Below are positions 35,710-44,425 of a stretch of 64,000 nucleotides of DNA, one piece after another. Source of the DNA: Sedimentisphaerales bacterium (GTDB taxonomy: Bacteria > Planctomycetota > Phycisphaerae > Sedimentisphaerales > SM23-30); assembly GCA_963666285.1 (NCBI GenBank), contig OY762711.1; one strand, 5' to 3'. A model generated the notes under the pieces. It made no database searches. It was given only the letters and a program-made list of their open reading frames with translations, and had not been told where the DNA came from. Within the stretch, counting starts at the first letter, position 1. The number at the start of each line of letters is the position of its first letter. Position numbers and translations under genes: made by a program.

Positions 35710-38484
35710 TTAAATCTCAAAACTGAAATCGTACTTTCCTGATTGAATTTCATATGCAGCACATGCTTTGGAATGACCAACATATTTAATATATTGGCTG
35801 GTTTCTATTTTATTTCCGGATTCTGTGATCGAGTTAGTATCTGAAGTCGGTATGTAGACTATAGCAGTCGTATTAGCTGGGATTTCGACCTGAAGATTGC
35901 AGGTATTACCGTCTATATGCCATTCGCTTTTAATATTTCCGCGGATAGATTTATAGTTTGCTTTGACATATTGCAGTTTTTTAGTGATTACCGGTCGGAT
36001 AATAATATGTTTAAATGCTTTTTCTGAAGTATTTTGCTCCTGGGTTATACCGGCCAGGTTCTTATAGAACCATGCACTTATATCGCCAAACATAATATGA
36101 TTTCGTGATTCTGTGCCAGACCATTGTTCCCAGAGGGTGGTAGCACCTTCTTTGATCCAGTAGCCGTAACTTGGCCGAGTTGTCTGCATCAGCATTTGGT
36201 ATGCAGTGTCAAATGCACCATTTTCAGCCAGGACGTTATATATGGCTTTAGCTCCCAGAATACCGGTGTCGATGTGATAATTTTGGGATTTTATATTATC
36301 AACCAGTTTATCAAGTACTTTATCGCGTTCTTGTTTAGGCGTAAGATCATAATACAGCGGGAAACATAGGGCTGTCTGGCTGCCTTTGTCGTATATGCCG
36401 TCACCTTTATAGAATGTTTTATTGAATGCCTGCCTGATATTGTTAGCCAACTGGGAATATTTAGCGGCGTCATTATCTTTGCCGAGTATCTTAGCAGCTT
36501 GGGCTGTTATCATAGTATCAATGTAATAATATACAGTAGAAGTAACAGCAGCCTGGGTAGTGGTCTTGGCCGGTGCCCAGTCATTTAAGCCGATAGAGAC
36601 AATATTGTCTTTGGCTTTTGATGAAAGGTAATCTACATACAGTTTGAATCTATCGTAATGTGTTTCAAGTATTGCTGTATCACCATAATATTCGTACATA
36701 TACCATGGTATCAGGAGAAAAGCACTGTCCCATGCGGGCCCATTACCCCAGCTGTATCCCCAGCCGCCTGTCGGCACAATTCCTGGCAATTCACCGGTTT
36801 CTTTTTGTTCATCATGTAAATCCATCAGCCATTTGGTATAACCTGCACCGTTCGCCCAGTTGTACATTGCCTGTTCGGCAGCTAAATGAGCGTCACCGGT
36901 CCAGCCGTTCTTCTCGCGATGAGGACAATCGGTTGGGATACCATGGAAATTGCCTCTGTAAGACCAAAGAGTGCAATCCTGAATCTTGTTTATGAGTTCG
37001 TTTGAACATTCAAATTGAGCTGTATTTTTGAATGTTGTGTGTACTACCCGGCCGGATATTGTCTCAAGAGTTGGTTTGCCCGGACATCCTGTGAGTTCAA
37101 CATACTGGAAGCCGTAATATGCAAATCTTGGTTCCCATGTCTCTGTTCCTTCGCCTTTGAGAATATAAGTGTCAGTATGGAAAGTGTCTTCGTAGGTATG
37201 TCTTTTTATTTCGTCCTGGTCGATTGTACCGTCTTTTTTCAGGCGTTCGGCGTAGCGAATCTGAACTTTTGTACCTTTTGGCCCGGAAACTTTCAGCCTG
37301 GACCAGCCTGCGATATTCTGGCCCAAATCGTAAACAAATACCCCTGGTGTGGGTTCGGTTATTGATACCGGAGTTATTGTTTCTGTAACTTTAATCGGGG
37401 TAATCATTTGAGCTCGTAATTTACCTTTTGGAGCCGGTACTATATCAGGTTTAGCCCAGTTCTGGTCGTTGAAATCAGGGGTTGACCACCCCGGCATCTC
37501 TTTTCCCGCATCATAACATTCGCCCTGGCGTATTCCATCCTGGATAACCGGTCCGGTATTGGCTTTCCAGCTGGAATCACTGACAATCATCTCAGAAGAA
37601 CCGTCAGTATATTCAATTCTGAGCTGTGATAGCATTTCTGGTTTATTTCGCCATGGAGCTTCGTTGAAATCCCATGCGGCATCAGTAAAGACATTATACC
37701 AGCCATTGCCAAGCATTACGCCGATTGCGTTAGAACCTTTATTGAGCATTGATGTTACATCAAAACTGACATACAGGCAGGCTCGATCGTAGCGGGTAAA
37801 GGCCGGGTCCAGAACATGGTCGCCAACTTTTTTCCCGTTTATATAAGCCTCAAACAGGCCAAGCCCGCAAATGTGCAGGCTGGCATAAGAAATTTCCTTT
37901 TTAGCCGAAAAAGTCTTTCTAAATACCGGAGATGGAGCTTCCTGTTTCCATTTTTTTGCTTCTTTACTGACATTTTCAGTTTTCCTGGTATAGCCAAGCC
38001 ATTTACCGGCCCATTCATTTTCTGAAAGAATACCCATTGACCAGGAAGAAGGCTTTGTCCAGGATGAAGGAACACCATTTTTATCCCAAACTTTCACTTT
38101 CCAGAAGCATCTCTGGTATGATTTAAGTGGTTTGCCTTGATATTTGATATGTAAGGTATTATCTGACATTATTTTGCCGGTGTCCCAAAGGTCGCCGGTA
38201 TCAGAATCTAGTATTTTTTGCGAAGATGCAACGATGATCTGGTAAGCGGTCTGGAACTGGCCTCTTTTGCCGGATTCAACATGCCAGCTAAGCCTGGGGT
38301 TGACAGTGTCAATACCGATTGGATTGCTAAGATATTCTACTTTAAGGTCTGCGGCAGTTAAATTATTGCTGGTTGCGGTGTTATTTTGAGCTAAAGTATC
38401 GCTGCAAAATGAAATAAGAGATAGTGCAATAGTTAGATAAAGTGATAGTGTAAAAAAAACTGCATTTTCTTTAATCATGATCAA
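35710..38484 (-). CDS. GH78 alpha-L-rhamnosidase
   Basis: 'DLGQNIAGW', 'FAYYGFQYVE', 'IPTDCPHREKNGWTGDA', 'GATTLWEQW', 'SRNHIMFGDI'; signal peptide. Confidence 0.95.
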   Translation of the reverse strand: MIMIKENAVFFTLSLYLTIALSLISFCSDTLAQNNTATSNNLTAADLKVEYLSNPIGIDTVNPRLSWHVESGKRGQFQTAYQIIVASSQKILDSDTGDLWDTGKIMSDNTLHIKYQGKPLKSYQRCFWKVKVWDKNGVPSSWTKPSSWSMGILSENEWAGKWLGYTRKTENVSKEAKKWKQEAPSPVFRKTFSAKKEISYASLHICGLGLFEAYINGKKVGDHVLDPAFTRYDRACLYVSFDVTSMLNKGSNAIGVMLGNGWYNVFTDAAWDFNEAPWRNKPEMLSQLRIEYTDGSSEMIVSDSSWKANTGPVIQDGIRQGECYDAGKEMPGWSTPDFNDQNWAKPDIVPAPKGKLRAQMITPIKVTETITPVSITEPTPGVFVYDLGQNIAGWSRLKVSGPKGTKVQIRYAERLKKDGTIDQDEIKRHTYEDTFHTDTYILKGEGTETWEPRFAYYGFQYVELTGCPGKPTLETISGRVVHTTFKNTAQFECSNELINKIQDCTLWSYRGNFHGIPTDCPHREKNGWTGDAHLAAEQAMYNWANGAGYTKWLMDLHDEQKETGELPGIVPTGGWGYSWGNGPAWDSAFLLIPWYMYEYYGDTAILETHYDRFKLYVDYLSSKAKDNIVSIGLNDWAPAKTTTQAAVTSTVYYYIDTMITAQAAKILGKDNDAAKYSQLANNIRQAFNKTFYKGDGIYDKGSQTALCFPLYYDLTPKQERDKVLDKLVDNIKSQNYHIDTGILGAKAIYNVLAENGAFDTAYQMLMQTTRPSYGYWIKEGATTLWEQWSGTESRNHIMFGDISAWFYKNLAGITQEQNTSEKAFKHIIIRPVITKKLQYVKANYKSIRGNIKSEWHIDGNTCNLQVEIPANTTAIVYIPTSDTNSITESGNKIETSQYIKYVGHSKACAAYEIQSGKYDFSFEI

Positions 38485-38711
38485 TCCTTTTTCTTTGTTG
38501 CCGGTTTATTGCTATATGTAATTAATTAAACGAACGAGTATTATAGCATTAGAAAATTTACAATGTTGAAATTATAAGCAAAAACCATGAGTATTGCCAA
38601 ATTATTATGACATAAATAATTACATTCAAATTCAAATGATTAACGGGATTTATGATTGCTAGTAAAGCATAAGTTGACGCGTGCTTATACTCATGAGTGT
38701 ATTTCTATTGG

Positions 38712-38932
38712 GTGGTTTTGTCTGGACCGGGCGAGCATGTTTCTGCAGCTAATGGTGATCCTACAGACATGACATCGTTTGGCTCATGCAGCCGAAAGCT
38801 TTTAACGGCTATTGTCTGGCAATAGTACGGAGTAAAGCTGGCAAACCCGGCATATTTACAGTCTCGATATCTTCAGGTTCAATCGAAAGCACTTCATTAG
38901 AAATAAAAACAGTTGCTGCTAAGGCAGAATGA
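38712..38932 (+). pseudogene. Relic C-terminal domain of a GH2 glycosidase with a frameshift
   Basis: LSGPGEHVSAANGDPTDMTSFGSCSR, then a 1-nt shift near 38795, then KAFNGYCLAIVRSKAGKPGIFTVSISSGSIESTSLEIKT...*. Matches the 'GPG...NGDPT...RKAFNG.CLAIVRS' pattern of GH2 C-terminal domains. Confidence 0.75.
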
Positions 38933-39155
38933 ATAAATGTTGTAAAGTATTGATTTACACGCGGATATGTGTTAATAGTTTGCTATTTCAATTGTAGTAG
39001 CCTGTTATTTTTTTAAATATCAAAAAAAATGAAAATATTTGTCCAATTTTATTCAAAAAATACAATTACTAACATGATTTAGGTTTATTTTTCATATGAA
39101 CTTTTTCATTTTTTTAGTTTTTCAAAGTATTGGACGAAATTTAAATATCATTTAG

Positions 39156-39719
39156 ATGGATAATTTTAAAGAGATTAAGGATTCAAATACTTCCCAGAGT
39201 ATTAATTATGATTTTGTTCGCAAGCTGGTTCAAAGTCAAAACAGAATCTATGCCTTTATCCTGACGCTGGTACCAAACTGGGCGGAGGCAGAAGACATAC
39301 TTCAGGATACCGTTGAGATTCTCTGGAGTAAGTACAGTAAAAGCAAGGAGTTAGATAATTTTACTGCATTAGGTATTGGTATTGCCAGAAATCTGGTCTA
39401 TTCATATTATCGCGAAAAGAAAAAACAGGAATTTTTGTTAGAACAGGAAGCCCTGGATAATATTGCCAGTTATTCGGAGAGTATTTCTCAGGAATCAGAA
39501 GATCGGGTTCGTATACTGCGGAAATGTCTGAGGAAGTTGTCTGAAAAAGATATGGAACTGATCAGGCTGCGTTATGAAGAGGGGATGAAAATAAAAAATG
39601 TGGCCGAGATATCTAATAGATCGGTTGCAGCGTTATATAAAGCTCTTGGAAGAGTACACGATGCGATATTGAAATGTGTTAAGAGCGGATTAGTTCGGGA
39701 GAATTACTGTCATGACTGA
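39156..39719 (+). CDS. ECF sigma-70 factor
   Basis: 'RIYAFILTLVPNWAEAEDILQDTVEILWSK', 'LRKCLRKLSEKDMELIRLRYEEG'. Confidence 0.93.
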   Translation: MDNFKEIKDSNTSQSINYDFVRKLVQSQNRIYAFILTLVPNWAEAEDILQDTVEILWSKYSKSKELDNFTALGIGIARNLVYSYYREKKKQEFLLEQEALDNIASYSESISQESEDRVRILRKCLRKLSEKDMELIRLRYEEGMKIKNVAEISNRSVAALYKALGRVHDAILKCVKSGLVRENYCHD

Positions 39720-41349
39720 TAGTCAGGAATATGATATCAAAGGTCTAATCCTGGAGCTTTTGGACCAGACTATCAGCTCTGAAAGGAGACAGAAGCTCCG
39801 GGATATTTTAAACAGTGACCCTGAAGCGCAGAAATATTATGCGGAATATATAATGTTGTGTGCATCATTGAGGCAATATGGAGCAGCAACAGCTCTTACG
39901 CCTTTATGCGACAGTAAAGATAATTTTGATTACAGCTTGCTGGAAGACCTGGCAAATTCCGAGGAAAGTGCACCGGCAGCTCCGATAGAAAAGGCCGTCG
40001 AAGTAGAAGAGGTAAAAGCTAAACCGGTTAAAAAGAAAAGATCGAGAAAGATACTGCTGGCATATGTTTCCATTGCCGCATTAATTTTTATTGTTGTCAG
40101 TGTAAATAATCTGTTTAAGGCCAAACCGGTGGCAGTTATAAAAGATTCCATAAATGCAAAATGGTCTGATATGGACTTAACAGAAGGATGCACTTTATTT
40201 GATTCTGACGGCTTTCTAAAGCTGGAGTCGGGAGTGGTAAAACTTGAGTATAAGGATGCCACAGTAATCGTGGAAGGTCCGTGTGAGTTTGCCAGTAAGA
40301 GTAATAACCGAATCAAAATGCTAAGCGGCAGCGTTTATGTAAAGATGGTTGAAGGCCGGAACGGTTATGTGGTTGAGACCCCGGTATCTACGATTGTTGA
40401 CCTGGGTACTGAGTTTGGAGTCCAGATTCATAATGGTAATAGTACCGAGGTTCATGTTTTGAAAGGCAAGGCATCGGTGTCAGCTTCATGTAAACCAGAT
40501 AAAAGCCAGACCTTTGAGGCAGGTTCTGCCGGTCTGGTCAGCAGCAATGGAGCAGAAATTACAGGTATAAACCTTGATAAGTTTAAGTTTGTCAGAGAAA
40601 TTGATTCAAATACTAATACTATATCAAGAGGCAGGACGCATATTGATCTGGCATCAATAACTACCGGGTGTGACGGTCGGATGGCAGCTCTGGATAATTA
40701 CTGGCTGGACCCTGAGCTTGGTCTTACTGAAAATGCGTTAAAATCACAAGTGCATGATAATAAGTATATGCCACTTGAATTTAATCAATATGTTGACGGT
40801 ATTTTTGTACCAAAGGGTCCGGGTAACCAGATAAGTTCTACAGGTATGATTTTTGAGGATTGTCCGAAAACCTGTGCTGATTATTATGCTAATATTGGAG
40901 TTAATCCCAAGCCTGAATTACTGGAAGTTCCCGATAAAAGAACCGGTAACATTATTTTTAATGGTAGAGACTATGGTAATGCATTGAATCCATGTATTGT
41001 GATGCATGCGAATATTGGAATAACATATGATTTGAGAGCCATAGCCAAAGAATATCCGTATCGCAGGATATCCAGGTTTTATTCAAAGGTCGGTATAGCT
41101 GACCTGGATGAGCCTTATCCGTGTAATGCTGATATATGGGTACTTATCGATGGTCAGGTGAGAAGTAAAATTGCAGCAGTCAAAGAGAAGGGTAAGCTGC
41201 TTGATATTGAAGTTGAGATAAATGAGAATGATAAGTTTCTGACACTGGTTGTAACAGATGGTGGCGACATAGATATCATGGAAGCATACAAGCGGGCTAT
41301 TACATGTGACTGGTGTGTCTTTACCAGCCCTGTTTTAGAGCTGTATTAA
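39712..41349 (+). CDS. FecR-type anti-sigma factor with C-terminal NPCBM/NEW2-like domain
   Basis: One TM, 'YVVETPVSTIVDLGTEFGV...EVHVLKGK', 'MHANIGITYDL', 'IWVLIDGQ...DKFLTLVVTDGGD'. Overlaps the sigma gene stop. Confidence 0.88.
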   Translation: MTDSQEYDIKGLILELLDQTISSERRQKLRDILNSDPEAQKYYAEYIMLCASLRQYGAATALTPLCDSKDNFDYSLLEDLANSEESAPAAPIEKAVEVEEVKAKPVKKKRSRKILLAYVSIAALIFIVVSVNNLFKAKPVAVIKDSINAKWSDMDLTEGCTLFDSDGFLKLESGVVKLEYKDATVIVEGPCEFASKSNNRIKMLSGSVYVKMVEGRNGYVVETPVSTIVDLGTEFGVQIHNGNSTEVHVLKGKASVSASCKPDKSQTFEAGSAGLVSSNGAEITGINLDKFKFVREIDSNTNTISRGRTHIDLASITTGCDGRMAALDNYWLDPELGLTENALKSQVHDNKYMPLEFNQYVDGIFVPKGPGNQISSTGMIFEDCPKTCADYYANIGVNPKPELLEVPDKRTGNIIFNGRDYGNALNPCIVMHANIGITYDLRAIAKEYPYRRISRFYSKVGIADLDEPYPCNADIWVLIDGQVRSKIAAVKEKGKLLDIEVEINENDKFLTLVVTDGGDIDIMEAYKRAITCDWCVFTSPVLELY

Positions 41350-41445
41350 ATTTTTATTTGTTTGCTGAAATGAAGTTAGAATGTTTATATGGTATAGTTA
41401 GTTTTTAACTGTTCACTTATTTTTAACCAAAATTGGAGGTTCAAA

Positions 41446-43482
41446 ATGAAAAAACTTTTATGTCTTTTGGTTGCATTGTGTCTGGTAGGAAGCGTAAGGG
41501 CTGATTTAGTCATTACAAATGGTGATTTTGAAGAAGGGGGATTGACTGCCAATCAGAACGATGTTCTTAGTTGGTTTGATTCTGCAGGAAATTCAGATAA
41601 CACAGGTACTGATCAGTGGTGGTCAGGTTCCTGGTATGGTCCAGGGGTTTCTCCGACAGGTACATCAGGTGTTGGTTTTAGTGCCTGGAATTCACCTTGG
41701 ATTTTTCAGAATATTGGTGTTAATGATCTTGGCAGGACAGACCTTGAGGTTACTTTGACTATTGGTTCTTTCACAGATGCTGCTCAGGCACGTGACCTTG
41801 AAGTATTAGTAGAAATTTATCAGCCGGGCAGTGGTTTTGTTCCAGAAGAAGCCGTTGATATTGCTGATAGTTATACTGCTCTTGATTCGTTTAGTATCAC
41901 AGGTACAGGTCTTGAAGCTGGCGATACCGTAACCGATTCCGGTACTCTGGATCTTTCTGGTGCAAATGCGACAGACGCAATTTATCTTCGCATTTCTAAT
42001 CCAAAAGCTATTGAAGATAACAGTTCTGATAATCAGTCATGGGTTGGTGTTGATAATGTTTCAATTCCTTCTTCTGTGAACGTTGTTGCTCCAGTAAACG
42101 ATCCTTCTGGAACAATCCCTGTTCCTGTGACCCAGACTTTAGAGTGGAATGTTGTTATGGATGGAATTGAATATGTAGATATTTATCTTGCAGATGCAAC
42201 AGAACCAAATCTATCAAATGATCCCGGAACTAAGGTACTGGATTATGCACCTGTTGCAACTACCACATTTACTCCGTCAAACCTGGAATACAGCACACAA
42301 TATTATTGGAAAGTTGTAATGTATAAACCTGATGGTAATGGCGGTTATATGAGCGGTAGCGGCCCAGTATGGAGTTTTTTGACAGTAGATGAGCAGCCGA
42401 CAATAGGTGTAGTTGAGCCTGTTATTACTGTTGTAGAAGCAGGCGAGCCGGCAATTATTAAATCTATAGGTGTTAATGTTAATGATTACCAATGGTACAA
42501 AGTTGGTGACTCAGCTCCATTGCTCAATGGTGATGATTATGACGGTGTAACAACTGACACCTTGACAGTTAAGAATGTTCAGGTAACTGATGAAGGTTAT
42601 TTTTATTGTGTAGGAACCAATTCAGTCGGAACTGCTTCAAATGAAGAAACAGGCACCGGTCGAGTGATGGTTCGCAGAATGGTAAATCATTATAAAATGG
42701 ATATTACCTCAACTGATGGAAAATCAGTACCAAATGAAGTAGCAGGTAGTCCTGCTATGGAATTGGTTTCTGATGATGAAGTTGTCGTTGGTTATCCTGT
42801 GCTGGACACTGATGTTGTTGATCCTGTTCTCGGCAGCAGCCTGAATATTGTAAACCTTGCAGAAAATGATCCTAACGGACAATACGGTCAATTACCGGCT
42901 GGTGATATAAACCTTGCTGATATGACGGTTTCTGTTTGGGTTAAATGGACAGGTACCGGATCATACCAGCGTATCTTTGACTTTGGTAATAGTACTAGTG
43001 AGTATATGTACCTTGCAACCAATGTCAGTAACAGAATGCGTTTTGGAATAACAACTGTTGGTGGAGCTGACGAAGAAGATGTATTGACATCTGATGCAGC
43101 GTTGTCAACTGATACCTGGACATTTGTTACTCTTACTTTGTCTGGCGACACAGGTAAATTATATGTTAATGGTGAATTAGAAGATACAAATACTTCAATG
43201 CCTATCGACCCGATTGATTTCAAGCCGGCAAATAACTACTTTGGTAAGAGTCAGTGGGCTGATCCATTTTTCAACGGCTTCATTGATGATGTCAAGATTT
43301 ACAATTATGCCCGTACAACAGAAGAAGTTGCTCATGACTATCTGGATGTTATTGGTGGCTGGGTTTGTAATAATGAAGTGGATGCACTTCCTTATGACTA
43401 TAATGATGACTGTGAGGTTAATGTAGCAGACTTTGCTGTTTTTGCAGCTACCTGGCTTGATAGTAATCGTATTTATGAATAA
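41446..43482 (+). CDS. Secreted jelly-roll / FN3 / Ig / LamG protein with C-terminal dockerin-like motif
   Basis: Signal peptide; 'NGDFE'; 'STQYYWKV'; Ig 'YQWYK...DEGYFYC'; LamG 'YQRIFDFG...YFGKSQWADPFFNGFIDDVKIYN'; 'DYNDDCEVNVADFAVFAATWL'. Confidence 0.8.
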   Translation: MKKLLCLLVALCLVGSVRADLVITNGDFEEGGLTANQNDVLSWFDSAGNSDNTGTDQWWSGSWYGPGVSPTGTSGVGFSAWNSPWIFQNIGVNDLGRTDLEVTLTIGSFTDAAQARDLEVLVEIYQPGSGFVPEEAVDIADSYTALDSFSITGTGLEAGDTVTDSGTLDLSGANATDAIYLRISNPKAIEDNSSDNQSWVGVDNVSIPSSVNVVAPVNDPSGTIPVPVTQTLEWNVVMDGIEYVDIYLADATEPNLSNDPGTKVLDYAPVATTTFTPSNLEYSTQYYWKVVMYKPDGNGGYMSGSGPVWSFLTVDEQPTIGVVEPVITVVEAGEPAIIKSIGVNVNDYQWYKVGDSAPLLNGDDYDGVTTDTLTVKNVQVTDEGYFYCVGTNSVGTASNEETGTGRVMVRRMVNHYKMDITSTDGKSVPNEVAGSPAMELVSDDEVVVGYPVLDTDVVDPVLGSSLNIVNLAENDPNGQYGQLPAGDINLADMTVSVWVKWTGTGSYQRIFDFGNSTSEYMYLATNVSNRMRFGITTVGGADEEDVLTSDAALSTDTWTFVTLTLSGDTGKLYVNGELEDTNTSMPIDPIDFKPANNYFGKSQWADPFFNGFIDDVKIYNYARTTEEVAHDYLDVIGGWVCNNEVDALPYDYNDDCEVNVADFAVFAATWLDSNRIYE

Positions 43483-43505
43483 AATTAAATTACTTTTCTG
43501 ATAAT

Positions 43506-43538
43506 TGTTTTCGGGTGTCTAAAAGATGCCCGAAAACA
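43506..43538 (+). terminator. Intergenic stem-loop
   Basis: TGTTTTCGGGTGTCT-AAA-AGATGCCCGAAAACA. Confidence 0.7.
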
Positions 43539-43616
43539 TGTATTTTTGAAATTTTGTATATCTTTATGGTGAGGATATTTATTTTATTTAACTTTTTGTC
43601 TTTGGAGGATAAAAGA

Positions 43617-44312
43617 ATGAAGAAGTTGTTTGCTTTAATTTTGGCTTTGTGTGTTGTATCTGCTGCTCATGGATCATTAGCTATTACTAACGGTAATTTT
43701 GAAACTGATGCTCCAGCTATTGCAGATGATATTAATCAGAATGATGTTGTTGGCTGGTTTGATTCCGCAGGAAATACAGATAATACAGGTACTGATCAGT
43801 GGTGGTCCGGTTCCTGGTACGGTCCTAAAGTATCTCCAACTGGAACATCAGGTGTTGGTTTCAGTGCCTGGAATTCACCTTGGATTTATCAGGCAATTGG
43901 AGTTAATGATCTTGGAGATACAGAGCTTTATATTAGGGGTACCATAGGCTCGTTCACTGATGCCGCTCAGGCACGTGATCTTGAAGTCTTATTTGAAATT
44001 TTCCAGCCAGGTAGTGATTTCACAGGTGCGGAAGATGCGGATATTGCTGACAGTTATACTGCTCTTGGTTCAGCAAGCATAACAGGTGCCCAGCTTGCTG
44101 CAGGCGAAACTGTTTCTAAGACAGTTATGTTTGATCTTACCACTGCCAATACGACGGACATGTTGTACCTGCGTATTTCAAATCCACTGGCAATTGAAGG
44201 TAGCAATTCTGATAATCTGTCATGGGTTGGCGTTGATAATGTAAGTGTTGTACCAGAACCTGCAACACTGATTCTTCTTGGTGTTGGCGGTTTGCTGATA
44301 CGTCGCAAGTAA
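43617..44312 (+). CDS. PEP-CTERM sorting-domain surface protein
   Basis: RBS GGAGG, signal peptide MKKLFAL..., C-terminal VPEPATLILLGVGGLLIRRK. Confidence 0.93.
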   Translation: MKKLFALILALCVVSAAHGSLAITNGNFETDAPAIADDINQNDVVGWFDSAGNTDNTGTDQWWSGSWYGPKVSPTGTSGVGFSAWNSPWIYQAIGVNDLGDTELYIRGTIGSFTDAAQARDLEVLFEIFQPGSDFTGAEDADIADSYTALGSASITGAQLAAGETVSKTVMFDLTTANTTDMLYLRISNPLAIEGSNSDNLSWVGVDNVSVVPEPATLILLGVGGLLIRRK

Positions 44313-44341
44313 TTGTTTAAATTAGATTTCGTTCTCTATAA

Positions 44342-44386
44342 ATATAACGATACTGCAGGAATAGCCTTCATGTAGTATCGTTATAT
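44342..44386 (+). terminator. Stem-loop after the PEP-CTERM gene
   Basis: ATATAACGATACT ... AGTATCGTTATAT. Confidence 0.6.
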
Positions 44387-44425
44387 ATTTATATTAACAG
44401 ATTTAGTTGTTTGGGGTAGAAAGAC

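Noticed and set aside
25706..38484. Possible inversion or replication-strand switch (segment looks C-richer than its flanks)
   Set aside because: Impression by eye only; needs a computed GC-skew profile, and no boundary repeats or dif-like site were found.
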